From Pelomyxa schiedti (taxonomy: Eukaryota > Protista > Evosea), in contig JAHLWZ010000225.1 in assembly GCA_020536535.1 (NCBI GenBank), positions 21,404 through 85,403 of the forward strand: a stretch of DNA of 64,000 bases, written 5' to 3'. The notes beneath the pieces are model-generated. The model did no database searches. It saw nothing but the letters and a program-made list of their open reading frames with translations, and was not told the origin of the DNA. Shown here in pieces: positions 47,870-62,049 of this stretch. Both the position numbers and the translations under genes were made by a program. The stretch's first letter is position 1. Each line of letters opens with the position of its first letter.

Positions 47870-50800
47870 ATGGGACGCTGGGGTGTGGTAGTTCTGGCAC
47901 TCGCTGGTATTGGTTTTGTTTTGTTTGTTTTGGATTGACACTTTAATTTGTGCCACATCTGACCCTGGAAAAGTTTGGTGGATTGTGGGGAGTGAATGTG
48001 GGATAACGAGTGCATCGCGGGCTGCTACTAACCGCACCGAGCAAGTCACAATTTTGGGATCGAGCATGTACTATTGGTTAGGTACACCATCGGTCAAAAT
48101 CAAGGGTAGTGCATGCGACATATCCTATCAGTCTTACGCTCAAATTAATTGCATGCCGCCGTATGGCGTTGGTTTGTCACCCCGCCCCACCCTTTTTTTT
48201 TTTTTTTCCTTTCCCACTTCTGCACCCACCCCCGTTTTCTTCTTCATTTTTTTTCTTGAAGGTAAGAATCTTGACCTGGTTATCTGGGTTTCGGGCGAAG
48301 CCTATACAAGTTCCAACTACTCATTCAGGGGTAACTGCTCCGTTTTTCTATTTTTCCCCGTCACCTTATGATTGGATGTTTCAGCTCCTGTGGTCAATTC
48401 CGTGGATAAAAGTTCTACTGTAGGTGGCCTTATACAAATACGTGGTGACAACTTGGGTTACTCTGGATCCAGTGCCTCCGCCACTATAAATGGACAAATA
48501 TGCGCAAATGTTATAGTATCCAGTTCGATGTATGCTACCTGTGTAGCTCCTCCAGGGACTGGTGCAAACCTGCCATTTCTGTTCAGTGCGCCGGCCTCGG
48601 GGTCAAATGCTCAGGTCGCAAGTGCATCTTTTTCCTATAATCGTATGTGATAATGCCAAACTAAAAGTGTTTTACAACTTAAAGCCCCCACAATCATCAG
48701 CGCCACACCAGCTCCCACAAGTGGACTGTATGTAACCACCATATCTGGAACGAATTTTGGAACTTCCAGCATTGGTCTTAGTGTTACAATTGCTGGCCAA
48801 TCTTGCTCAAATGCTACTGCTGTCAATCATACAACTATTACTTGTTTCCCACCACCTGGTGCGGGAATAGATTTGCCAGTAACAGTCTACGTTAAGTCAC
48901 AGAGTTTTACACACAGCAGTGCCTTTTCCTACCAGGGTATCTTTTTCCTATTGAACTTTTTTTTTCTCACTCCCAACAGCACCAACACTACTAAGTGTCA
49001 CTTCCCCCCCAACACAGGGGGGATTTGTCACTATTTATGGAGAGAGTTTTGGTCTGACAGGAACAACTGCTTTTCTGAACGGAAAAGAATGCACCTCACT
49101 ATCTGTATCTACCTCTGGAACTAAGATATTATGTATGGCCCCTCCTGGGGCAGGCCAAGGTCTCCCTGTAGTGGTGCACACAGTAGGTTATGTAACAGAG
49201 GCACAAATATTATCCTACCAAGGTATTGTGTTTTCCTCATATTCTGACTTCTCATTATTTCCTCAGCCCCAACGATTTCTTCGGTGACATTGGATACTCA
49301 TGGGAATCTTACTATTGAAGGAGGCAGTTTTGGTAGTACTTCTGATTGGATTGAAGTTCGCGTTGCAGTTTCTTGGTATAGAGTGGACTATGTATATGAG
49401 ACATGCCTAAATCCTCGACTCATTGTCCCTCATTCAATGATTACGTGCACTTCCCCATTTGGGTATGGCTCGAATAGACCTTTACTTCTGACAGTCTGTG
49501 AGACCAACTCATGGACTTGCCGAACTGGAAATGGCAACTTTGACTTTCCTGGTACATCATCGCTCCTTTTTCTTCTATTCACTTTGTTCAGCCCCCGTAG
49601 TTTTCAGTGCTACCCCCACAGCAACTGACACATCAGAATTGAGCACTATCATAGGTCGAAATTTTGGGTTTCCAGAAACTCCAGTGTCAGTGGAAATTGC
49701 AGGAAATCCCTGCTCTGGTGCAACGAAGCTGAATGCAACCACGCTAACATGCCGGCCACCTGAAGGTGTAAGTGGTCCAAAAACACTGCTGGTCACTGCA
49801 GGGTATTCAGGAGACCCAGGCGCTCAGACAGTGGCTTCTACGTTCTCATATTCTGGTATAAATCTAACTTGTCCCCTCTTTGACTCTGAGTCTAAATAGC
49901 ACCTGTAATCATGTATGGTGTGGGTGTTGCGGGAACTGAATATCAGGGAATCATTACTGGAGCAAATTTTGGGCCCATTGGTACCTCAGCTATTGTTGTG
50001 ATTGATGGAGTTCCCTGTACTTCAGCATACATTTCTATACCCCACACACAGATTACCTGCACACTAGACCCTGGGTCTGGTGAGAATGTTACTGTCAAAG
50101 TCTCTGTATCTGATGATAGTATCAATTGGATGACTTCCACAGCTAATGTTTTCCATTTTGATGGTTGCTAAATCATAGTCTTTATTAAATCTTTGACTTC
50201 CCTAAAGGTGTGGCAATAACCTCTGCAACACTGGTAGACACATCGGGAACGGAAACCACGTTTGTAACTGGGACACTATTTGTTCCCCCAGTACAAGTAA
50301 TAATTGATTCCGCAATTGCCTGCAAAAATGCCACTGTGGTGAGCTCTACATTGATTGAGTGTGTACCTGGCCCCGGGGTTGGGAAAAATCTGCCCATCTG
50401 TGTTGCAGCAGGCTCGGGGGTAACATGTGCTCCTGTCTTCTCATATAGAGGTTTGTAGTGACTATCTAGGGCTCCTTACGAAAAAAAAAAAAAAAAAAAA
50501 GCACCACAGATAGGAAGTGTCACTGGATGTGATACAACTGGAGGTCTAATTCACATTTTTGGCAAAAATTTTGGCTTTATGGTTGATGTCACCCTTGGTA
50601 CTGGTCCTTGCAGCCATAGTGAGAGCAATGATACACTGATAACTTGTCTTGCTCCCCCTGGTGTGGGTAAGACATCCATTATCATACTATCTCCGCCTTC
50701 TGGATCGCATGCACAATCTGTATCAGCTTTCATGTGCTATTCTGGTATTACTTTTTTTTTTACGAAAAAAACGAGTGGCTTATTGTATTGCACAGCTCCT

Positions 50801-53800
50801 GTTGTGTTTTCAGCCCAAGTCACAGACACAGATGGGTCACAACCTACTGTAATTTATGGAAAAAACTTTGGAGTTATTGGCACTGTTGTAGATGTTCTTG
50901 TTGGAAATCAAACTTGCGCGCTTGCAGAGGTTATATCAAACAATACCAAAATCTCATGCTACCCCCCTCCTGGAGTTGGAACTTTGCTCCCAGTCGTTGT
51001 ACGACCATCTCCTTATTGTGTATCCAGTGCCACTGCCTATGTTTTTTCCTATAAAGGTAGAAAGCAACTTCCTAAGTTCCTCACTTTGTCTAGAACCACA
51101 AATAACTTCTGGGGTAAAATATGGCACCTTTATCGTAATTTCTGGCACTAATTTCGGCCCAATAAACACATTGGTTCAAGTGAAGATTGAGAACAATACA
51201 TGTGTAAATGCAACCATCGCGACTGCATCTACCAGAATCACATGTAACGCAATTGTATCACACACGTATAGTGAGGTAGCTATTACTCTTGTTGACCCTG
51301 ATACCTTTGCCACTGTTTATTGTTCCAAATACATTTCATGGGCTGGTTTGTGCATTTAATACAATCAAACTGCTCCTTACAAATTTTTCTAAAGAACCAC
51401 TTATCACTTCTGTATCCATGACACCTACTGATTGTAATATGGTTCCACCCACACCAGTAAGAATACGTGGAGTAAATCTGGGTCCCATTACTGCCTCAGT
51501 AAATGTCACCATTGGGGGGCAGCAGTGTTCAGGTGCTTATGTGTCCATTGCATTCACAGAGATACAGTGTCTTCCTCCATGTGGAGTGGGACAGGACCTT
51601 CCACTTAATATGATTATTGATGTTGATGGAACCACTGTCTATACAAATTCACTGTTCTCTTATTACAGTATTTCCTCCATCTTTTTAACTTGGGATTAAT
51701 GGCATTCAAAGGCCCAATTATTATGTCAACAACGTCTTCCCCCACTCTAGGAGGAGAAGTCATCCTGTTTGGGGCAAATTTTGGCCCTGTTGGAAGTAAG
51801 GTGGTGGTCTTGATTGATGACAGAAATTGCACACTTGCGAATGTAACCATTGCACACTCAACGATTGTGTGTGTTTCTCCACCAGGAGCTGGAATTAACC
51901 TCACCGTTACCATTTTTTCCTCCTTCATGTCATCTGGGAGTCCCTCGTTGGGGAGGACCAACAACATTTTTTCATATCAGGGTATGCAATTATTCCTTTT
52001 CTCTCTAAACTGATATTCAAAGCACCTACGATAATCTCTGCAACTAGAGTGGATACAAAAATACCCAAGGCAACAGTAATTTCGGGAACCAATTTCGGTC
52101 CTTCCAACACCAATCTGGCAGTATCTGTTGGTGGCTATGAATGCAACTCGCCATCTTATATTACTGCACACACAACCATAACTTGTGTGCCTGCTCCTGG
52201 TGTTGGGGTCGACCTTATGGTTGTTGTTACAATTTCTGGCAAGTGGGGCTCCATTTCAGGTTCTGCACAGATATTTTCTTACAATTGTGTGTACTTGCAC
52301 TCCATGAGATGGCTAGTTAATACATACATGTTAGCTCCAACAATATTAAGTGTGAAGCCTGTAAATACATATGACGAGGAATCCATGACAGAGATTGAGG
52401 GAACAAACTTTGGACCCGCCTCTCTAACACTAGTAACTGTATGGATAAGTGGCATTGAGTGCAAAAATGCACAAATCCGCATGGACCACACACTAATCTC
52501 GTGTGTTCCTCCTTCTTTGACTGGGGCCAATCATGAGATGAACATTACCATTACACGCTCTGGGAGTGGGAAATCTACGAGTGTTATGCAGCGTATATTT
52601 TCATACACTGGTTACTTATTTTCTTGGTTTCGTTTTCTCAATTCAATTATCCAGCCCCAGCTATTCAGTATATTACCGGAAGTGACACAGAGGGATCCTC
52701 ACCCATCACCATTCTCGGAACAAATTTTGGAGACTTGACGGGGAACTTTTCTGTTTTTATTGAGGGCAAGTTGTGCTCAAACCCAATAATGACAGTTCCA
52801 CATTTCCAAATTGTTTGTACACCCCCAGCTGGATCTGGTTCTGAGCTTAGCTTATCAGTTTATGTACCAGCATATGGAACTGTGTATCCAACACCCCAAG
52901 TTGCCTATGGCTTCTTCTCCTACACTGGTGCTCTTCTTCTTCTTTTCAGTTTTTAACAGATGAAAAAGAACCTGAAATACTTGATGTTACTATGGCTAAC
53001 ACAAATGGCCAAGAGCCCATAATAATTAGGGTATGATAACACTCTTTATTATTACACTCATTACGCCTAGGGCAATAACTTTGGTCCCAGAAATTCCTCT
53101 GTTTTGATAACGATTGATGAAAATAACTGCTCCATGCCCTTCGTGCACAATCATACAACCATCACTTGTTACCCTCCTCCTGGCATTGGAGTAAAGCACC
53201 TACTTTATGCTTACATCCCTACTGGGGATCATGCTCAAGCAGCAAAATTCAATACCTTTTCCTACCAAGGTTCTCACTTAAGCTCGCCATCTTTTCTTAA
53301 TGATTACTCTTCAGCCCCGGAAATTTATAGTTCAACTCCTACTGATACCGAGGGGGGAATTGAAACTTTAATCACTGGAAAAAATTTTGGGGATTTCAAT
53401 ACATCCGCATATGTAACAATTAGTCTGTGCAATACTGCGAAACCCTGCCTATTCCCGAAAATCACTAAAGCACACTCTGAGATCACTTGTGTGGCGCCTC
53501 CCGGAATAGGTACTGGCAACTTGATTAGTGTCTGGGTGCCAACAGGTTCCAATCAAGTAGGCTCTGCCCCTCTGTTCAGTTATAATGGTATGAGTTCCCC
53601 CACTGTAGCAATTCCAATGTATCCTGTAGCCCCTGTTATTACTTATATCCCTCGTTGTACCACGACTCTGAGTTTGATAACTGTCCAAGTATTTACCAAA
53701 ACCTACAAAACTTAACAAACTTGAAAATAAGGGCATCAATTTCGGTCCTGGTCCCACATCAGGCGATTCGTACTCTATCATTTGTACTCTAGATAGTAGC

Positions 53801-56800
53801 ACTCGGATTACTGCAGATTACATCAATCACACTGCTTTTCGGATATACATGCCTGCAGGTGCTGGCAGAAGCCATACTATTCAAGTAAGGTGTTATGTGC
53901 AACTGAAAAAATAATATAAACCAGGTGTCTATTAAAGACCAAATGTCTAATGTGTACTATTTTGATTACTTGGGTATTCCCACTGATTGCAAAATCTTCA
54001 TACAAACCATTGTAGGTCCAACAGTCTTCTCTGCTACTAGTGTTGGCAGCAATGAATTTGCTGTCACGCAAATCTCTGGGATTAATTTTGGCCCTATTGG
54101 CACATATGTTGAGGTGTACGTTAACAACGCGACGTGCTCCGCGGCTACTGTTACGGTCGCTGATACTTTGATCACATGTATTCCCCCGCCTGGGACTGGT
54201 TCAGGGATATCGATGGTTGTAAACGTGAAAGGACAAACAACAATATGGACTTCTTTTTCTTACAGCGGTATGGCTTAATTATTCATCTGCATTCACATTG
54301 ACCATATCAATTAGATCCGGTCATCTTGAAGGTGTCATCACCAACAACTGATGGTCTGACAGATCTCATCATAGAAGGCTACAACTTCGGTCCCGTTGGA
54401 ACCCAAGTTTTAGTTCAATTTCTCAGCACACTTAATGAGACAACCGAGTGTCTCAATGCGAAGATAACCAGGGCGCACATAGAAATAACCTGTGAGCCTC
54501 CACCTGGGGTAGGAGCAGGCCTTACACTGATTCTATCTGTCTGGAGCATTGGAAGTACTCCTATTTCCACTTCAAGTGTTGTTTCATATGAGCGTATGAA
54601 TCTGGCTGTATCCTTCTTCCTTAATTTGCATGTTAGACCCTGTAATTGAGAATGTAACAAGTGCCGCAACAACTGGGCAGCAAGCAATAACTATAACTGG
54701 AAGAAATTTTGGTCCAGTGGGAGTTGCTATTGAGGTTGATATCAAACATGAAATATGCCAGGGTGCCCTTGTTGTGATACCTCATACAACAATTTCTTGT
54801 ATTCCACCTCCTGGAGTTGGTGCAGACCTGTTACTGGAGGTGAGTGTTGCAGGTCAGCTTGGAGAAGCCCGTTTTTCATACTCAGGTCACTTCATGAAAT
54901 AATTCCCTTCCTCATCTTTGAATAGGTCCCAAAATAAATTCTGTAACTAGCGCTAGTACTTCTGGATCTTCCTTTACAGAGATTTGTGGAACAAATTTTG
55001 GAAATAGCAGTAATGTAAGTGTACTCATTGCTGGGTTGCCATGCCGTGAGCCGGAAATAGTTGTACCCCACAGTTGTTTAAAGTGCTATGCGCCTGCTTG
55101 GACTGGGAAGGACCTACTATTGGAACTCATCGTTCCGAAAATAACCCCAGAAGTGACTTCCCAACGAGCCACTGCGAACTTCTCTTACCTGCGTATGAAT
55201 TCTTTACATTGGATTGAAGTTAACACTTTTCGAAAGCTCCAATTGTTACAGCTGCTACTCCAACGGACACAGATGGATCAACATTAACCACTATAACTGG
55301 AACGAACTTTGGGCCCTTGGGCACAACTGTTGATGTTAAAATCGGTGGCAGTGAGTGTTTCTGGCCGGAAGTCTCTGACTATTGTACAATAACATGTTAT
55401 CCACCAGCTGGTGTGGGATCAAATATTTCAGTAGAACTATGGGTACCTGCAGGCGATAGTGCACACACGCAGCACACAGAAGCTCGTGTCTTTTCTTATA
55501 ATGGTTTTTGGTTTCCCTTACTGAGGAAAACCTTCTAACTTTCCTTGTAGCTCCTATTTTCACTTATTCTACCCCAGTGGATACAACTGGAGGTCCAGTA
55601 GACATATATGGCAGTGGTTTCGGTCCGTATGGCACCAGTGTAGAAGTTCTAATTGGAAACACTTTGTGTGAGCAGGCTGTTGTATCGGCTCCACATTTTA
55701 CGATAAGTTGCTTGGCTGGGGAAGGCATAGGGCTGAAAAACGAGTTGAAAATTTATGTACCAGCAAACAGTAGCAACTTCGCAACAGGGTTCCTTTCTTT
55801 CAACTGTATGCCTAGTTTTTTAGTTCCTGGAAATAACTGTTTGTAGCCCCTGTCATAACCAGTGCCACTTCTGCCTGCACTGACGGCTCAGCCTATACAC
55901 TTATTTCTGGAACCAATTTTGGTCCGGTGAATACCTCGCTGTCTGTTACGATTGGGGGCCAACCTTGTATCAACGCATCAATCGAGATACCTCACACACA
56001 ATTCCGATGCTATCCACCCCCAGGAGTAGGGGCAAACAACACGATAAAGGTTATTATTCCTGCTGACGATGGGCAAGTGGCTTTTTCTCAGATATTTTCA
56101 TATTCTGGTAGGAAAAAACCTCATCTTAAGCTTTCTCATATTTCCAAGCTCCGTCAATTACAAATATTACCTGCCCTCCGACTACTGGCACCCTTGCCCT
56201 CATTGAGGTAAATTTTTTTTTTCCCCCTCAGAATGACAAGCAGCCCACGAAACAAACAGGGTTTGAATTTTGGTCCTGGAGGTAGATATTATGGTATTGA
56301 CTACCGCATTGATGAAGGCCAATGGCTGTCTTCTACCTGGGTCAGTCAGACTCAAATCATGATTCCTTTCCCAGTGGGAACTGGTGCATTCCACGTATTG
56401 CAAGTGATTGTTAGAGATCTTGCTTCCCCTTATGCGATTTTCAACTATGAAGGTTTCTATATTTTTCTGTAATGTAATCTAAAATGTGATCAGGCCCTAT
56501 CATCTCGGCAGCTACAAGGGCTGACACAGACGGCCTTATGCCAACGACAATCGAGGGTACAAATTTTGGGCCTTCTGGTACTTCGATTCTTGTTAAAATT
56601 GGGGATGGCAACTCCATATGCGCGAATGCCACAATTGATGCTCCTCATACACGAATATCATGTTATCCTCCTCCTGGTTCTGGTACTAGTCACGTTGTTC
56701 AAGTCTGGGTCCCTGTTGGAGCCAATGGCGTTATACAGTATAACTCGTTGAGCTCTATTGCGAAAGTATTTTCCTATAACGGTAATTGCTCTGGATCGTT

Positions 56801-59362
56801 TATTTTTAATGACTTATCCTTCTCAGCTCCGGTAGTGGACTCCGCTTCATCAGTCGGCACTTCTGGTGGCACCACAATAATAAAGGGTGGATTTTCTTTG
56901 TGCCATTTTTCTTTTCACACAATGCAGGCAAGAACTTTGGATTGAATTATACTTTGATCTCCGTAACTGTGGATGGAAAGCCTTGTAGTCCTGTTACAAT
57001 AAAAACTGCCCATTATGAACTTGCCTGCTCTGCACCTGCTGGAAAACGTGGGTATCACGCAATCATTGTAACTGTGGATGGGCAAAGTTCCGAGTCAAGG
57101 GTGATGTTAGAGTATACAAGTAAAATGAATACTGGACAAGTATCTGGTACAGTGGTAGGAGTGGTTGTAGGGACATTTGGTTGTGCTGCTGCCGTGGCAG
57201 CTGTTGTTGCTGTTTCTATAAAGAGGTTTTCTTTTTCTTGTCACTCACCTAAATCACGTTACACAGACGGAAAAAACTAGATCGGGCCACAGAAGTTGGA
57301 ATGAATGATCTTTTCCCTGAATCATCTGGATCTGTCATCTTTGAAGAAACTTTTGACCTCCCTGATTCAATGTGCGTGTATTTTGATAGACTTTTTTACT
57401 TATTTCCTATCAGAGGACTAGCTATAGACGAGTTTATTCTTGGGGTAAGACGGATGTAATTACTCCCCAACTCACTTGTTGTCAGATTTCCTGTTCAGAC
57501 CTGGGCTTTGGGCTTGACTCTCGGCAAGCAGAAGTGGACAAGATGATTCAAGAAACTATCACTCTCACCAATAGTACCAATAAAGCCGTTTCCTTCCGGC
57601 TATTTGCCCCTCTTTCCTACAGATTTCAGATCGCATTTGATCCGGAATCAAAAACAATAGAAGCGGTATTTTTCACCTGCTCCTCCTTCTCTTTACACCT
57701 TCCAGAACTCTGAAGCGCAAGTAGAAGTGCGGGCTGTCATCCTCTGCACTTGCAAGATAGATTCGCACATTACCTTAGCTGCTTCTGAAGGTTTTTCCCT
57801 TCTGCCGTGCATTTTCTCTAAGTAGCATAGGGCACAAATTTGGAGCAAAGAGCGTGCATCATACAAGTATTGGCTTTAAGTTGGAATCAGCATTATCTGG
57901 TAAAATTGACCCAGAGGAAATAGCATTGAAAAAGCCTCCTATAGGTGTGCAGCACTGAAATTTTCGTAAGAAGTAACTTCTTTAGGGGAAGGAGCTTTTG
58001 GTTTTGTGTACTGCGGTAATAGTGAATTTTTCTTAAGTTTAAATAACATTTCCAAGGTGAATGGAGAGGCCAAAATGTCGCTGTTAAAGTACCTACTTTT
58101 TGAGTGATTAAAAGTAACATCTAATAATAAATCAGATTTTGAAGTGCCAAGAATCTACAGTCTGTGATGTCAAGACGGATTTCCTGAAAGAAGTGTGTAG
58201 ATTCTCCTGCACTTTTCTATTTGATTACCAAGTTTTAGGTAAAAATAATGGAATCATTCCGATGTCCTCAGGTTTAACCAACTGCCTTTTGCGTTTCTTA
58301 TTTTACTGGCCGTAGATAGTGAACTTTATCGGAGCTGTCTATGTACCCACCAAGCTTGCAATTATTACCGTGCAGTTCTAGTTTCTGTTTGAAGAATTTG
58401 CTGAAGTTCACTTCCTTAGGAGTTCATGCAATTTGGAAGTCTGTCAACCCTTATTACAAAACAGTCATTGTCTATCGAGTTGAAGAGAAAGATGGTACTG
58501 GATTCTGCCCGAGGGATGAATTTCCTTCACAAAGTATGTATTCACTCAATTTCCTGTCTCATGCAAATTTGAAACACATAGAGTGGAGTTTTGCACAGGT
58601 ATACCCATTTCATGTATTTTCTTTTACTGACAAATGATAAGAGACTTAAAGCTCGACAATGTTCTTGTCTGTTCCTTGGATCCAAGTGCGAGTGTTTGTG
58701 CCAAGATCTCTGATTTTGGCACTACACGCAATGTACAGAGTCAAAAAGATACTTTGCATATGACCCAGGGGATAGGGTATATCACTGGCCTCCCATTTTT
58801 TTCTAAAATACCTCAGTACACCAGCATATATGAGTCCCGAAAGTATTGGCAATAGCGATTACAGTGCCGCTTCTGATGTATACAGGTATTTATTTTAAAG
58901 TATCTGTAAGCTGTTAAATTCAAGTACAGCTTTGCCGTCTTGATGTTTGCCGTTTTTTCTGAAACAGGTCTTATTGGCTATTTATTTGTGCACCTAGACT
59001 CACTCAATTTATTTAGAACCCTACACTGGCCCGGAATTCTCGTCAGCCTGGAGTACCTCTCCTCCAACCCATATTCACTCCACTAATAACCATTACCCAC
59101 AGGACTTGCCGAATACATAACTTCCGGAAAAGTATCTGGGTGTTTTCTTTTAATTTCCCTCACTTACCCACACCTTCTCATATCCAGAGGCTTGAAATTC
59201 CCGCGTCAGTTCCCCCTGATATCACCAAATTGATATCCGCATGTTGGGCCCAGGACCCCAGCACACGACCCTGTATTTATCTTCCAGCTTCCTCCTAAAT
59301 TGCTTACCTTTGCTTTAGCCTTTAGTGACATTGTGGCTGACCTTAGCAACGAAAAGGAGTGA
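47870..59362 (+). CDS. Giant type-I receptor kinase: signal peptide + ~29 IPT/TIG repeats + TM + juxtamembrane domain + TKL kinase
   Basis: Repeats of P-x-I-x-S...GG..(V/I)TIxGxNFG...(V/I)xIxGxxC...IxCxxPPGxG...FSY. TM VVGVVVGTFGCAAAVAAVVAVSI (~57150). Kinase motifs IGEGAFGFVY, NVAVK, IVNFIGAV, DSARGMNFLH, HRDLKLDN, KISDFG, GTPAYMSPE, SDVYSF, LISACWAQDPSTRP. Confidence 0.92.
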
Positions 59363-59421
59363 TATAATTTTTGTATTTGTTGTTTACCTAAACCCAGAAT
59401 TATTAAATAAGGAGTTTTCTT

Positions 59422-61318
59422 TTAATACTGCAAACAACAATTGTTAGTCGAGGCGGTCAACTTGGGCAGCTTGCGCCCTCTTTTTATTGATAAGTACCGC
59501 GAAGAGTCCAGCAATCCACAGAAAGCCAGCACACACAAGAAATAGTACCTATAAGGGAGTGAATTTTGTTTGGAAGGATAGCAGTGTGAGACTTGGCATA
59601 CCATGTAGCCAGTTTCTGTGTATGAACCTGCTTGGTGTGGTACGTGAAACGGAGTAAGAACCAAGCCTCCAATAAGCTCCCCGATCATCATTCCTACCAT
59701 CATGGCCATCGTAAATTCGGCCATAAATTTTCCTGACGAAGCTTTGGCTGGAAGTGTATCACAGGCAATTGCGAATTCTACCTTGAGTGCAAGGTCAAAA
59801 AAGAAAAAAAAAAGTTAGTGGTACCCCTGTGAAGAGTCCATTTCCTAGCCCATAGATGCAGGCTGTGACAATACGTTAGGCAGAGGATGACAAGAGTCTA
59901 CAAGGCACACCCATGAGGTAGACAAAAGCCATTTTCCTGATGAAAACGAATGATACGAAACAAAACATGACCAACATAAGGGCAAGAACAGCAATGACCT
60001 TCCTCCCAACAACATCACTTAACTTGCCAGCAGGAATGGCTACAACAATCGCTGTACCAAGATTAATTAAGGCTATTTTCCCCATGTCCTGTGTTTAGTC
60101 AAGTGTTACAGATACAGGTAGAACTTTACTGCAGAGGGATTATCGGAATCTGCAACATCTGCCAACCAATATTGCAAATAAAAAATACCAGCTGCATTCA
60201 TGTAATAGCAAAACCTTGGTTGTTATTTGGTCGTCGTCTAACAGTTTTCAACTTACCTCATCAGCATAGCGAAAATGAAATCACGGTATTTGACAGCAGG
60301 AAATCTGACATAAGTTACCTTGTTAAGAAAAAAAAGAGGCTTTACGTGTAGGACTGGAAAAAATTCCTTACACCTCCACAGTACCGGGAACATCGGTAGT
60401 ACCTGTCTGTCTTCCAATGGAACTCATACTTGTAGAAAGTGATTACTACTATGACATTATTGGGTCTCCATTACGTTGACTGTATCGTGATTCTCCCGAA
60501 GAGGAATTTCATTGGCAGTGAGAAGTGTTGACATATGGCAAAGGGCCAGAACTAAAATGTACAGCCAACAAATAATTACTATTGGTACACTGACAGCTGC
60601 TAACATGTAACCTAGGAAACAATAAAAAGGAAATGAAATTTGGTGACAAGCACATACCAATTGCACTTCCAAGGAAGTTGTGAAGTGCCATCAAACCCGA
60701 CCCAAGACCATGCTGGGGTGTGGGAGTTAAGTCTGGAACAAGTGCAGCAAGAACATCACCACCCATTGAAACGCCAAGTAGGCATAAGTAGTACCTTCAT
60801 AGGACAGGTTTTAATGCATTTAATATAGAATGGGGGGCCTACCCAGCGATAACAGGTGGTAGTAGGTAATAGAAGGCGCCACAAGAGAGGGTAATACAAC
60901 CAGCTCCAATAAGAAAGGCAGCCGCAGTTATGAATGGTCTTCTTCGACCTTGATGGCGTTTAGAGTAGCCTCTTACGATAAGCAATTGTACCAAATCGAC
61001 TGGTACACAAATCACTGAAAAACATGGTTGCAAGTCCTCCCAATTCCAGAATTGCACCACACCCAGCAATCAACCCAAGGGTTCGGGAAGCGTGTCTCGG
61101 TTGAATGTCTTTAATCAACTTAGGCATAATGATTGACGCAAGGCTATGCAAGAAATAAACAAAGAGGAGGGAAAAAAAGCTACGAAACGGGGAGGGAAAA
61201 AAAAAAAAAGAAAAAAAAGGCACCTGTTGTAAACAGTCGCATAAGAGAGCCTCGCCGCCAAAAACAACAAAATGTGCCACCACCGCTTAAAAGTGGGTGC
61301 TAACAGCCCACTGTCCAT
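59422..61318 (-). CDS. Major facilitator superfamily transporter (GRRRPFI type)
   Basis: ASRTLGLI, FFSDLCTSRFG...GRRRPFI, AALVPDLTP..QHGLGSGLMALHNFLG, AGKLSDVVGRKVI, GGLVLTPF; about 12 hydrophobic segments over many exons. Confidence 0.88.
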
Positions 61319-62049
61319 CGTTCTTGGGCTCCAACCCTGTGATCTGCGGATCTACGACTGCCTCCCTTCGTGCGAGCGGACAAACTGAATTTCCGTTGCG
61401 AAAAAAAACGAGTGATGGGTCGTTCACCTAATGACTTCCAAGATTCAGATCTGGAGATAAGTCTCTCATCAGAGAGTAAGGAAACAAGTCACAACAACAA
61501 GTGGTGTGTGTTGCAAGTAGCTGGAATGTACTCAATATCACACTGCTGCGAACAAACAATTGCAGACCACCGGATTATTGGCATACACTCTCTTGACAAC
61601 TGCGCGCCTTCTGATGGTGTCTCGACTTGTGCCATTTATGGGGCACTATTCCATGACTCTGGGCGATATGGAAACCATTCCTTTCCTTTTTGCTTTTTTT
61701 TTTTTCACGGTAATCCAGGAGAAGGAGATGATACTGGACATGGGAGTAGAGCAGATACTGTGAGTAAACACTGTATTTTTAATATTAATTCAATGTTGCT
61801 TCCGTAATACAAACCAAACTGCTTTGTCACCTGCTGTGACCGCTCCGTTTCAACTTGGTTTATTATTGTGACTTATGCAACTCCCAAAAGTAAAGTTGTT
61901 TGCATCCAGTTGGTTTTCCAAGTTTCTTGTCTCTTCAGACCGCCAGTTCACTGAAAATTATTTAAAGAAAACACAGACCAACATGGAACTGAATAACTGT
62001 GTTTGGCGTGCATGCAACGTGGAGACACTCTCAACGGGTCGACAAGAAA

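Noticed and set aside
47870-57120. Regularly spaced ~300-bp repeats as a possible CRISPR-like or satellite array
   Set aside because: The repetition is at protein level only (TIG modules) with highly diverged nucleotide sequence; there are no identical direct repeats with spacers.
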